Shown: positions 9,814 to 23,441 of the stretch, piece after piece
Layout of the letters: each line of letters opens with the position of its first letter
How positions within the stretch are numbered: the stretch's first letter is position 1
Notes under the pieces: model-generated
What the model was told of the DNA's origin: nothing
The model's input: only the letters and a program-made list of their open reading frames with translations
Database searches by the model: none
Position numbers and translations under genes: made by a program
Assembly (NCBI GenBank): GCA_964035545.1
Contig: OZ037765.1
Coordinates: forward strand, 17,856,995 to 17,920,994
From: Bugula neritina
Taxonomy: Eukaryota; Animalia; Bryozoa
Direction: 5' to 3'
DNA: 64,000 nucleotides

Positions 9814-12800
9814 CTATTTCCATCTACTGTTGAATACAATACCATGTGGCGAAGGTTTATTGTTGATGCCATCTGTCTTTCTGAGAGATGGTCTCGTGTC
9901 CCCTTCGTAAGTTACAGAATACTTTTGCAGAATCCTGACTAAAAATAAGAAAACCTGCATTTTCCCCATAGGAGCAGCAATACAGTTTCTTTTACCTAAA
10001 AGAACAAAATTACAATTTTATGCATATAATATTAAAAAATTGTAAGTGAATATTGGTTTATGTGTGATAACAATAAATTATGTCTTTACAAATAAATTGA
10101 ATTATTATTGTACCTCTGACTGACAAAAACTATATGATTGTTAATTTCTGCTGCATACTCTAAGGCCACGCCCCCATTTTTTTAAAAATTATTATTTACC
10201 TGCATGACTGCTAGCAATATTTATGTAAGTCGAATTCCCAAATTTATGATTATTGTAACCAATATTTCTGGTTGTATTCATTATCATATTATATAATATA
10301 TGTTTTGTGAATAAAGATATAAAACATAAATAAAATAAATATAATTGCTTACAATTGTAACATATTACATTAAAAGGTTGTAAAGTATTAAATGTTTATT
10401 TTCATTTTCACAAATCTGCAAAATCTTGGTGCAAAAGGTCTGTTGAAAAACATTTTGCTTGCAACTAACATTTTTAAAAGGTAAAACTCAAAAATATTTT
10501 GGCAACCTATTTTGCATTATATATTTTACCAAATTGTTTATGAAGTCAAATAAATGCAATATAAATACTGCGTATAAAAATAAAAGCAATATAATACGTT
10601 TGTTTTATTTACATTGACTTGACAGTTTAATTTTCCTACATATATAAAAAATATAATATTATTATATCCATTTGAAAAGCTTTATAAACACATACATGTG
10701 AATTTTCATCAACAGAATAACAATAAGCTCACCTATTCCAAATGCTGCCTCAATACACGCCCTTTTCTTGCACACATCTCCTCTAAAGAATCTACCTGGA
10801 TCAAACTCATCAACATCAGTGAATATATCTGGGTCATTGTACACTGAGTCTATGTTGAACATGAGCTCTGTATCAGCTGGCAACACCTGCATTCAGTATT
10901 TACTTAGAAACTTCACAAGACAATAGTTCCAAAATATAAAGCATATTAAGAAAAGTACAACCAATTTTTCGCCTTTTACTTAATGGAGCTATTTGTGGGT
11001 TACTGCTTAGATAAGTGTTATTAAACCTAAAGCATAAATGAACTAATTCTCAAACTTACTTTTCCGGCAACTTCAAGTGGTTTTTCAAGTGTCCTGGGTA
11101 AATATATGTATATGGTAGATGAATGGCGCATCAACTCCAATATGAATGCATCTGTTTTGTGCATCTCTGCTCTCATTCTATACTCAGGTACCGTATCCTT
11201 ACCTATGCATAAGCAAGACAATAAACTGACAGATATGAAATATCTTGCAATAAGAAATGTAAAATGTGTATTTTATGGTGTAGATACATTCTGAAAATTA
11301 TTTTCTGCCAAACATGAACTACTCAAGTATTTCATTAACTTCAAACACTTACCAACAACATCATCAATCTCTTTCAACACTTCTTCCTGTATTCGAGGAT
11401 AGACTGAGAGATACAAAAAGGCCCAGCAAAGAAATGAAGATGCGACAGTTGCTCCTGTGTAGAGTTGCTGGAGAGTAGAACTGATATTTCTATCTGTAAA
11501 CATCATAATGACTAGCTTTATCGAGCATGTAAGCTAATGATTTTGCCTTCCACTGTAAGACTTAGGAGCAATAGTGGAGAAATTGAGATAGCTTAAGTTT
11601 TTTAATTTTATTATTAAATTTTGGTTTGGGGCGTGGGTTGAAATTCTTGTGAGAACACGATTTCTTTTGCTACATTTTTAATCTAGAACACAGTGTTTTC
11701 TCAACTTCTCCATTAGTGCACCTACCTTCAATGTAACCGACTCGTGAGAGACTTACCAGAACCATCATCACTGCCATAGTTAGTCCCACTCTGCATCAGC
11801 ATGTGACCAAGCATATGGTTAGGTGAATGACCATCAAGCAATTGCTGTCTTTGATCAGAAACAACCTTGTCAAACATTCCCAGCGTCTCTAGAAATACTG
11901 CCTGGTTTTTCTTTTCTACAGCAGTGGATCCAAAAATATCTCCAGGGATCCACTTAGTGTAAGGTATTATGAGCTCATATATACTGTTGGCTCGGGCCTG
12001 ACCAAGGACATGTTCTGTGTATAAAGTTAGCTCAGGATCATTAAAATTAAATCTCTTTTTAATGAACAATTGAAACATGAGGTTAGATACTGCCAAAGTA
12101 AAGGGTTTGATGGTATTTCTTAATGCTGTATTTTTCGCTATTGAGGGCTCAATGAAGAAGTTACAAAATGCTTCTGTTTCTTCAATCACCAGAGCCTCCA
12201 TGTTTGGTTTTCCCATTCCTTCATTGAGTAGAAGAGCTACAGTATGCTGCCGAGCAGCTTTAGAATCTCTCCATTCAACAATCCTTGATATTCCTGTAAG
12301 ATTATATAGTCTGATGTTTAGTGCAGATACTACCATTGGTAGCCAGTAAAGCTTGTAGTGAACACAACTATACTACCTTTGCACAGAGAGAGAGACAGAC
12401 AGAGAGAGACAGGGAGACAGAGACAGGGAGACAGAGACAGAGAGAGAGAGAGCGAGAAAGACAGAGAGAGAGAGAACGAGAAAGACAGAGACATTCACCG
12501 TCTTTCCATGTATCAATCTCAGATCAACCTCATAGAAATCTATCCATGGAAAGAAGTCAAAGATCTGAGCTGGTCAGTCTGCAGAGATCGAACTCAGATC
12601 GATCACAGATAGATCGATCCGTGGAAATATGCCAGATCAATCTGAGAAGTAGAAAAAGAAATGTGCTTATTGCTAGTTACTAAGCAAAGTACTGAATAAT
12701 TATGATGCCAAGACTTTGACTTCCAGTAGGCTACAATGATTATTAAAACTCCATTATGTAAAATTATAGACGGTAGAAGGTACAAAAAGTGGAAGCATTT

Positions 12801-14708
12801 AAATTGAATTTAAATGGCTAGTAAAACTTGTTTGAGTTAGCTATTTGCTGCGTAATTTCAAGCCTAATAATCCTGTAAATTTATGAATAACCTACAAGGC
12901 AGCTATTAATCTTATATATAAGCTGTTAAAATAAAAATATTTAGAGTAATTATTTTAAATTGGCCAAATGACTGTACACTAAAAGCTTTACTGCGTATAT
13001 ATTTTTAGACTGCAACAATTTTGTTTTTTAACCTCAGCAGCTTTAATCACTTAAGCAGGTGAACAAATTATACTATTCAAGTACCCTTCACTTAAGAGGA
13101 GACTGCTACTCAAGATCGATCTGACACTCTCATGCAAAAACGATGGATCTGAGCACATTTCTCCAATTTATTTATGGAAAGCCGGCAATTAAAAGATAGA
13201 GAAAGAGAGAAAAAGAAACCCTTACACCATTTAAATTACAACCTAGTGCTCTCTATAGAAATATTGGCCTGCTGCTAAGTTATGTATATAATGAGCCTTT
13301 CATATTGAATTAGAGGGTCTCACCACCACCACCTCGACAGATATCTTACATACCTGGACGCTGCTGGAAAATGGCTTTTTTCCAAGCAGGAACACCAGCA
13401 TAACTTCTCTTTGCTGTTATTTTGTGGTTTTCTTTCAATACTTTACAAATATTATCATAGCCTGATATAACCACTCTGTATGAGCCACCCATCCATACTG
13501 TAAAAACCTGCACAACAAAACAAGTGCCTAGATGATGGTCATTAAATATTTATTATAATTTAAATGCTGTGCTTGATTTATTATATTGTTTTATTGGTAA
13601 AATGGCTAATTTTCAAAAAAAAATTTGGAGCTGTGTGATATACACTCTAAGTTTTTTGTGTTATTAAGAAAACCGTCATATTTTGCAAAAAGGAAGAAAG
13701 GAAAAAAGTTTCCTCAGCAATAATCAGTTATATATAGTTAGCTCTACTGAATCTGATCTCCAACAGATTCAAGGAACATAGCACAGATTAAAATATAGTG
13801 TCAGTAATATTTTTAATTAACAATAACAAATGCAATTTGTGTTGCAATAATTTGCTGCTCAGACAGTGTTTTAATAATTCATTTAATTTTCTTTCAGAAA
13901 AAAAGCTTCTTCATTTCCAATGTTCTCAAGACAGCTCCACCCAACAAAGTTATTAACCTAGGTTTTTTAAACATAGTTGTTTTCAATAATTGAAATCAGA
14001 CAAGGTTTACAGGCAGAGCTATCAAATTAATGGTAACATCTGTCACAAATATGTCTACCTACATTAAGTGACTAACCCAATGATTTTTTTCAGTTTCGTT
14101 GGCCTTTTCTAAAATTGAAGAAAAAATCTAACATTTATTTATTGCATTACAGCCAACAATAAAATATAAAAAATAATTACATTTTAGAAATGTCAGGGCG
14201 ATGGCTTTTCTCAATTTGTTGGTACTTTAAGGAAGATTTTTTAACTTTTGTTGGCACCAAAAGAGTGTGTAGTAATAAGTAAATATATCCATAATTATAT
14301 AATGTGCTACTTAAAAGAAAAGCTTCAATATGTAAACACATTTTCTCACAAAATATGATTTTTTTATACACAACAAAGCTCGTAAATTGCTTCAATGAAA
14401 CTAATACGAAAATAACATCTTTAAAAGTTATTGGAACAAATTAGGTAAAAACGCGTGCATGCATGTGCCCATTTATTGAGGTAAAGTATAGAACTTACGC
14501 TGCCATATCGGTTCTGCAACTTTCTAAAGAAGTAAATTAATCCACCTGCTGCCACAGTTTGTTTGGAATGGCCATGAATTGGATGTACCCATGGCCCAGC
14601 AGGTAGGTTTTGTAATCTTTGCTTTCGAAAAACATACGACAAGCTTAATACAACTGCAATAGTAATAACATATACTGCAAAGCTTCCTCCATACAGCTCT
14701 GGATCCAT
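9814..14708 (-). CDS. Cytochrome P450, microsomal, probably clan 2-like; 7 exons, 506 aa; atypical I-helix
   Basis: Exons 14708-14499, 13507-13354, 12293-11757, 11493-11353, 11202-11060, 10886-10733 and 9995-9814 total 1521 nt and are open. Motifs: N-terminal TM anchor, LPAGPWVHPIHGH hinge, K-helix ELMR, FDPGRF meander and heme loop FGIGKRNCIA. Confidence 0.95.
12384..12492. repeat. Imperfect (AG)n/(AGAC)n simple repeat in P450 intron 2
   Basis: acagagagagagacagacagagagagacagggagacag... Confidence 0.9.
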
Positions 14709-14943
14709 ATGTTTCTTATGTTGGCTTTATTATCACTATTATTTCTTTTTAAGGCAACCAGTTTCTTTTTCTAAAAAAACAAAATCTTGTTATTTTCATT
14801 TAAGTAGCGTAGGTTTTGACAATCAAAGAAGTGAGAAATGAGAAAACTTTGTAGGGGTTTGTTTAAAAGCAATCCCTAGTTTTCCACAAACGTTTCTCCT
14901 TAAAAGAGACAATGGTTATAAGAAAAATTATCTTGCAATGTTC

Positions 14944-15256
<313 letters not shown>

Positions 15257-17205
15257 CATGCATGCAAGTGATGTGAGTAAAAAGTCACAAAGTAGTTATA
15301 TTTATACTATAACTAGAAAGCAAATATTGTACAGTATATATATATATACAACTACAACTCACAGCTAAGATGGAGTGCAATTATTGTGAATCTTGAATAA
15401 TCGTTAATGTGACAGCAAATAACACGTTACTCTAATGATCATGGCTTTGCATATGCTTTATACTTACTGGAATTACTACTAAACAATGAACAGCTGTCAA
15501 AGGTTAGCAAAAGTTAAAGGTTTGTCAAGTGAAACAGTTTGCTAAATGACACGTATCAATTTCCTGTTAATTGATAAAAGTGAATGTATAATGATAAGCT
15601 GCTTGCATAATGTTTATATATCAGTTTATAACTTGGAAGATTGATGCTTTGTCACATTTCTATAATGCTAATACATGCAAATAATATTCTGGCGACACTA
15701 ATTTTTAAGAATAGTAGCATGTCTTTACTTTCTATAGTTACTAACTAATTTATTATATGAGATGGACATTATAAAACATTAATAATGCTGCATGATTGGA
15801 GTACGCCTTCGTACCTTAAATATTTCATCATAGATAATATGAATAATACCAAAGACTTATAATTATTCAGACTCTATATAGTTACTTTAAATTGCAGTAT
15901 TTCCTTTTGAATTATTTATCTCATATGTTGTTCTGTCATTTGAAGTATATCTATATGTTCTTTGAAAACAGTAAGCAACTGTTTAAGAAATTAAAAAAAC
16001 ATTCCATAAACTTAAAGAAGCATCACTGTGTCTACTCTTCAAAAAGTTATTCAGAAAAGAGATGATTGTATTATGTTGTTTTATTTCCTCATTTATTGTA
16101 ATCCGGTATTTTTTGTTATCATTTAGAGCTTAATGAAGGAATTTTGCAAATGAAAAATTGTTTTTAGAACCAAACATATCATGGTATGCTGTCTTAGATT
16201 GAAAATATTGCCAATAGATGTGTTAAATCCTTGTTGAACCAAGTTAGCTTGAATTTATAAACCCGTTTTATATATCAGTGAGTACTTAAGTACCTACTTA
16301 AATGCATTTTGTGTAGTATGAAGTGAATTGTTGGCAAGCTTATTTTGCCTTTGCATGCAGTTTAAAATTTGTCACATGCAGCTAACAGGGAATTTTCTAG
16401 CACAGTTTTGACCTTGGCATAGATCACTATCCCATTACCTAAAAGTTCATTAAACCAGTGATCAGTTGATGACTCACAATGCAATAATTCTGTTATCAAA
16501 ATCACTTCATGCAAAATCAGGCAAGAGAAGTCTCTCTAGTTTCAGAAATAAGCTGCGATTAGCTAAAAATAACAAGTTATTATTTGTGCTTTTAGGCCAA
16601 TAGTATTTTCTTACCAATAGTTTATATATGTATATGCTTGCATGAATGAATAAGGATAGTTGTCATAAATATGATTTTTATAATTTATTTTTCTTGGATT
16701 CTTATAAATTGTTTAGGCTTTTCACAAATGTTAATGTTTGATGTTATTTTTTTACTCTCAATTCCCAAGTCAAACCAAAAACAAAACTTTCTAATTGTGA
16801 TTAAGAAAGAAGATATAATAATAGAAAAGTACAGCAGCACCTATCTCTTGACATATTTGTAGTTGAAACTACTATAGCTATAGCCTAAAAACACAGTCAC
16901 TAAAGCAAAACATACATGAATGCAAGTAAGAACACATGAGCTTGAATGCAATATCTACTATGGTAACAAAAAAGTCGTAATGTAAGTTCAGGATGTTGTT
17001 TTTCAAAACCATTAAAGTCTGCTACTGTTTTTTGAGAAAGTTGTGCTCTGTTTGTTAAAACTGTAAGGTTCTCTTTGATGTGCTTGCAGCTGGTTCGATA
17101 GTAGACCCTGTTGAAAAATAAACAGGCAATTATAGACTTCAAAAACAAAGATATGTACATATCTGTTTGTGTATATGTATTGTTATTCTGCTTTAGAATA
17201 GCCTC

Positions 17206-20200
17206 TCACAATATAACCTGCAAAAGAATATCAATAAGATAATGCCACAAGGTTTGCTTCAAATCTAATTGAATATTGTGGGAGCTTCTTGAATAAATTT
17301 GTAAGTTGTCTTTTAAATTTCAAGTAATGCTAGTAGTCAAGTAGTATAATATTTTATTGGTACTTCCATTACTTAGAGGTCGGATAAATTTTGCAATTCT
17401 CAAATATCATCTCAACATACCAAGTTTTTTTCACGATTAGCTCTTGCTGCCTTAATAGCTTCAACTTCTTTCCTAATAGCTAGCATGTCAGAATCCCGGT
17501 TATTCATTGATGAAGCTTTACTCATGCTCAAACTGTCATATACATTCAGCAGTCGTTTTTTCAGATTCTTAATGGCTGCATGTGTGTCCAGGTCAGGTGT
17601 TTCAACATTCACTGTTCTTTTCTAAAGAACAAGTAAAACAATAACGCATTACTTGCTAGAAATAGAGTGAAGTAAAATAGTCTAATTAAAACTTATTATA
17701 GTTTTATCAATGTAACTTTTAAAAACCCTATGAATGCACAGTGTGCATTATAATTGTGTTATATTTGACTCAGTAAAGGCAGAAAGTTTTATTTTGATGT
17801 CAAAACTTCAAAGAGTAATTATCAACGAAGTAGAATCCTATAATTTCTTCTGCTGCGCAATATATAAATGCTGTTGTCTTTATATTAATCATCCAAAAAT
17901 ATTTACTCTCTGCTATGTTTTAAAGAGAGTGCAATTACTAATGTAAGAAAGAATTTCGAAAGCTTTGAATCTAATTTATGATGGCATGCAGTCTGTAAAT
18001 GTACATCAGTTATGAAGGTCAGACATGTTATTATAGGAATAATACATGCAGTATATATCCATTATACAGTTTATATATCATTCTGATTACACCTGAGTAT
18101 AATAAAGTGTTCTAAATAATAAAATAAAGTGGGAAACATTGGCATTATAGAATGGCAAGTTTGGTAGCAGTCAAAGTAGTTTTTTCAATATGAATAATTT
18201 GCAGACTAATTTTGTAAGAAATAATATCTATCATGTGAGAGCTTTAGCCACAACTATAGTTAGACTACTTGCCCAAGATAAATGAAAACTTTCTTGCACT
18301 AATTTTTAAAATGTCATTTGCTTACCTTATAATGTTATACCTATGAAGTAGTAAATCCCTATTTATCAAAATTTACATTATTGAATGAATAAATAATTAA
18401 ATTTTACAGTAAAATACTAGTTACTGTATATTGTTTATATTTAAAAAATGAATCATAAATAAAGTTGTGGAAACTATGTTACTATGGCCTGCAGTGTAAC
18501 TAATGCATATATAAGTATACAGTTTAAGCTAGTAGTAGTTGTAAAAAGCATTGGCTACAAACATAGGCCATTTATATAATAAACTGCTACAAAAGCATTG
18601 CAAAGTGGTAACTTTTTCTTTTAGAGTTTGTGCAGCCACTGGAAATATTGCAGCCATATTGCAAATTATCAATATAGATTACAGTATTAATTTCTTTGCT
18701 ACTCTTATATGTTCACACTAAGCTATACTTCATAAATAGTACTTATTTACCAGCTGCAATACCCAAAGTACTTATCAATATATAACAACTTATTTTGCCT
18801 ACTATCTACAACATGCGTACACTAACACATTAGTAAATCATCATAACTAATATAGTAAATATTTAAAAGCATTGTATTAAAACAAGCCATGAAACTTACC
18901 ACTGGGTGCACAGATATGCTGTGATGAGTTTTAGCAGGTACAGTTTTATTTGTCAGCTCAGCACTCTTTGGTTTAGTTCTGACTACTGGCACACTTGTTG
19001 GTGGATTCTGGGGTGGGGCGGTAGTGTTCAACTAAAACATAGTAAAATGTATCCATCAGTATAAAAGCAGCCTGCAGTTATAGGTTGTATTCTCTTGTTT
19101 TCTGTTGCACGACACAATAAATTGAAGCACGGTCACTGATAGTGCATTTCTATTGGTTAAATCAGTTTAGTGCTTATAGCTGGTTCTTCAAACTAAATTA
19201 AAATAGATTGTGAGGAAGCATTTCTATGACAACTTGCACTCGTTGTTTTGTATAACACAACTATAATTAAACTGATAACATAAAGTTCTTCCTACTCTAG
19301 GATGGATCTGGCAATGGTTATTATCACTAGATTGAATCTGCACAGAGACAACATTCAAATTTGTCAATTTCCCAAATGTGCTCTGTCAACTGTTGAAGCA
19401 CAATTAAAAAAATTCATTAAAGTTTCATTTAATTAATGTATGTTTAAAACGTTTATGTTGGAATGACAGCTTATGTAAATGAGTTGCTGTCATTTCAACA
19501 TTCCACTCAAAAGCCATTACATGATAAATATCAAACAGCTTGTCCCTGCACTCTATTAGCTGGTTCATATATAATTGAGCAGTTGTTAGACTGTACCTCA
19601 TTGGCTGGTAAATTCAAATACCCTACATCTTATATTAGCCTTGTAGATGTCAAAGAATAATTTCTTCTATTAGTTTTACAGAAAATTACTCGCAGCTAGC
19701 ATTTTACCTTGATATATATATACTTGTACGTTATAGCAACACTATAACTCATATTTGCAAGCTAGCATAAAGAGTTTTCCATCTGTTTATTAGAGTAGCT
19801 GTAAATTTCAAACTCAACCTTCAAGTTAATAGCTCAAATTAAACGAGCGTCTACATTTCTGCTTCTAGTAGCAATCATGCAGTCTGTTCTGCAGTTCAAT
19901 CAACTGTTGGATGCAGAGTTTATGGTATACCTACCTAAAAGTAGGCATGTCTGCTACTCAAATGCCAACAGCAATCTCTAATTACATTCCATGGGTTAAT
20001 AAAGCTACGAAAATGAGGAACCAGTGAGAAACAAAATTGTTGCTGCAATGCAGTGGACTGCAGCATATATTATACAGCTGTACTGCTGTATATACTATTT
20101 ATTTAATAAAATCATTCAGAAATCCAACTTCAAACAATGAAAGTTTCAAAGTAAATACGTATCTTACAAAATATTGATCAATGCCTTGAAGACTTTTTCT

Positions 20201-23200
20201 AATTAATATTTTGGTGCAAGAAACTGCATATCCAGAAAGTCAAATGCTGCTGTTTTAAGCAAACACTCAATTATTTATAATAGCTAACACTTGAAATAAC
20301 ATTCTATGAAATTGTATCCTTTGAACAGTATACCACCTGCAGCATCATGCTAGTTTACACATGCTATATGATACATTTTTGGCAAGATATATTTTATAGT
20401 GTCCTCTAATTTTCATTTTTATTGCAACAGCATAGGTTACTAAGCTCTTTGAATAAACTGGACATCTAAACTAAACTAATACAGCTAAAATTAATATGCA
20501 CTCGCTACAGTACTCAACACAAGTGACAAGTTTTAAATAACAAAACCAACCAGATATTCTAACTCAAATGATTGACAGGTATAATATATACAAGAGTTGA
20601 AGTTGCTACTTTATACAGCAAAACGTATTTTTTGCAGCAAAAGGTACACTATATAGTTGCCTACAGTATTTAAAGGTTATCAAATATATAAATTACATTG
20701 AAGAACGTGTTCTACTGATCTTTATCATGCAGATGCATAGTTTAGGTTTGATAGCTTACAGTATTATAATACAGTTGGTTTCATCGGAGAAAATGGATTA
20801 CAATATTTATTAATAATTGAGCTATACTGTATGATAAGCTCTATAGTGTAAAATTAGCAATAACTTAAAACAAAGTTCAAACAGCTAATGGCAGTTTAAA
20901 TAACTTTTTAATCATGCAACTGCTACGTCTTTGAACTCCAATTAATAGATATTCTATCATATTGGAATTCTTAGTAGAAATCATTTTATTAGAAATCAAG
21001 TAATAAATTAGAACTAATATAAGTTACACATAATTATCACCAATACCAATAATTGCAAATAATTATAAGCATTATACACAAGTTAGATGGTGCACATACA
21101 TGTATACTGAGTGGCTAAAGTATACACTATTTTATTACATTATCTCATTAAATTTTTACATCAGGACTTAAAACAGGGTTTCCTTATAGCATGACTACAC
21201 TTTTGTTTGTATAGACTTACCAGATGCCTGTTGATTCTTTTCATGAGTTCATAGTCTTTCTTTGCAGACTCATAAACCAGATTGTCATTATCATCCAGAG
21301 CTTCGTCAGATATCCTGTATGCACTCCAACTATCTCTCCCACTTGATGGTACGTATGTTGTACCGTAATACTCATCTAGCACAAATAAGTTAAAAATATT
21401 AATATTTTAGTTTTTTTAAAAACTGAGCTCAAAAGAAGAAGCAGTGAATGATTGCATTTAGTTACATTACTACTATATGTATCTCATTTTGTTAAATGGT
21501 TTTGTCACTGTTTTCTGATTTTATCCAATTTGATAATTTGGTAATGCATGATGTTTGCAAGATACCATTTTTTGGTAAATTAAACATAATTTAAACTATG
21601 GTAAATAGTATTTATTGTGACATGTATAATAATCAAATATATCAAAGTGAAAAATTAAAAAATAAGATTTCAGAACGTTAAGTATATTCAAACTAACTTG
21701 ACAACTAATTTTTAAGCCAAGATAATTAAAAGAAGAGGTAGAGTAAAAAATGTGCTCTTTATGCTTTTTTAGCATCAACTCACGTTCTTCAAACAACTAT
21801 TTCCAGAAAAATTATTAATAATATTTCAATAAACATTTATTTCATTATTAAATTTGTTTCACCCACGATTTCTGTATTAGGAGTAATAACTCTAGAACCA
21901 GATTATCAGGTCTGTACTGTGCATAAACATTTCTTCCTTGTAATAAAGAGCCTGCAGTAAGCTGTGCAAGCATCCAGTTACACAACAGCTGCATAAGTCA
22001 GTTGTTTAATCAACAAAAATTTGTTTCTTAGCTGTAAATGTTGTTATTAGCTGCCCATTTACTAGTTACATATTATAGCTCAACAAATAAAAAATGTTTT
22101 ACCAGACAAGCTGGTGATAGAGTCTGTCATATATAATCCAGAAATATAACCCCTGAACCCATGAACAGTGTATACTGTCCCAAAGACCTCTCTAGCTAAA
22201 GTAACTACTTTAGCTAGAGAGGTCTTCAATTTCCTAGTCATTAAAAAGGTTTTAATGTCAAAGAAAGTTGTTTAAAATTACCATAGATTGCAGGCTTTAC
22301 AGATTTCTCCACTTTGTGAACGCCAAGTCTTGTTCCAAATTTGTGAGAAGGTAACGTTGTATCTATACCTGAGCTCCTGGCACTTGGAGTCAGTGAAAAT
22401 GCACGAAATTCTCTAGCCTGACTACCTAACACTCCACTGCTGTCATAGAAGGGTGAATAGGGACTAACTGATGATGCTCTGTTATCTAGTCTGTGATGGA
22501 GCTCTGCTAAAGAACTTCTCATAGGTTTAAAAGAAGAACTTGTTGGTGCTAAAGAAGAGGCCCTCATAGGTGCTATTGAAGATGCCCTTCTTGGTGCAAT
22601 AGAAGAGGCCCTCATAGGTGCTACAGAAGAGGCCCTCATAGGTGCTATTGAAGAGGCCCTTCTTGGTGCTACAGAAGAGGCCCTCATAGGTGCAATTGAA
22701 GAGGCCCTCATAGGTGCTATAGAAGAGGCCCTCATAGGTGCTATAGAAGAGGCCCTCATAGGTGCAATAGAAGAAGCCCTCGTGGATGTCCTCAAACCTG
22801 CAGAAGGGGCAGCAGAAAATGCCCTGTGACTCCGGTTAAAGCTGAGTGAGTCATAATCGTAGCTGCTGCTGGGGGACTTTAAAGAAAATTAATGTGTTTT
22901 GTTAGAAAGCATGTTCAACTTATGCAAGTTACATAATACTATATCATACAATACACAAATTTCTAAGTGGTAGCATGACATTGAAAAATTCCAATTTAAA
23001 CATGTTCATATTAAATTGACAGTTTGTAATACATACTGTGAGTTTGAAAACTACAACTTGATTATGGCGCTAAATATAGTAATCTGGGTTTTGGAATGAT
23101 TACCGCTCTTATTAATTCCTTAATGACTTATTCATATATATTTAACTTTTGTTTATTGTTAATAAAACTTTGTAGTAAGCACTTAACATGTAATTGTTGA

Positions 23201-23441
23201 GTCAAAGTAAAGGTACTCAGACCCATGTTGTCAGCACAGTTTTTGGATTTTTTAGAAATTCTCACTGGGTTAGAGACTTTAAGACAACACCAGTATAAAG
23301 CTGATGGTAGTATTCTAAGTATTTAATAAAAGTTGTTTCATTTAGTTATTTTATAAACTCAGCATAAAAAATTTCTGTAAATAATAAAATTGGAAATCCT
23401 ACCTTATGGCCTTGTTTCAAAAATCTTGATTTTATCACCAT
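17206..23441 (-). CDS. Uncharacterised ~390 aa protein with ten RASS(I/V/L)AP repeats and a short C-terminal helical region
   Basis: Proposed exons are 23441-23403 (MVIKSRFLKQGHK), 22876-22282, 21375-21221, 19337-19296 (less sure), 19031-18900, 17621-17421 and 17217-17206 (VIL*; alternatively read-through to the stop at 17412). All are GT-AG and phase-compatible. Repeat variation is largely at synonymous positions. Confidence 0.75.
22183..22226. repeat. Perfect intronic palindrome, 21-bp arms, 2-bp spacer
   Basis: aagacctctctagctaaagta-ac-tactttagctagagaggtctt. Confidence 0.9.
22544..22783 (-). repeat. Coding 24-bp tandem repeat x10 ((M/R/T)RASS(I/V/L)AP)
   Basis: Unit approximately gaagaggccctcataggtgc(t/a)at(a/t) on the plus strand. 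Confidence 0.95.

Larger units (their letters stand above)
1..10690. repeat. Tandem segmental duplication with ~7 kb offset (approx. 1-5150 vs 6980-10690)
   Basis: Colinear similarity spans exons and introns, e.g. 430-1350 vs 7420-8345, 3150-3330 vs 9820-10000 and 5010-5150 vs 10550-10690. The left copy has extra insertions. Confidence 0.92.

Noticed and set aside
12321-12683. R/E/D-rich plus-strand ORFs
   Set aside because: They derive from the intronic AG repeat, antisense to the P450.
21862-21951. Possible extra exon of the RASS-repeat gene
   Set aside because: It has an acceptor and an open frame but no phase-compatible donor, and the flanking exons join directly.
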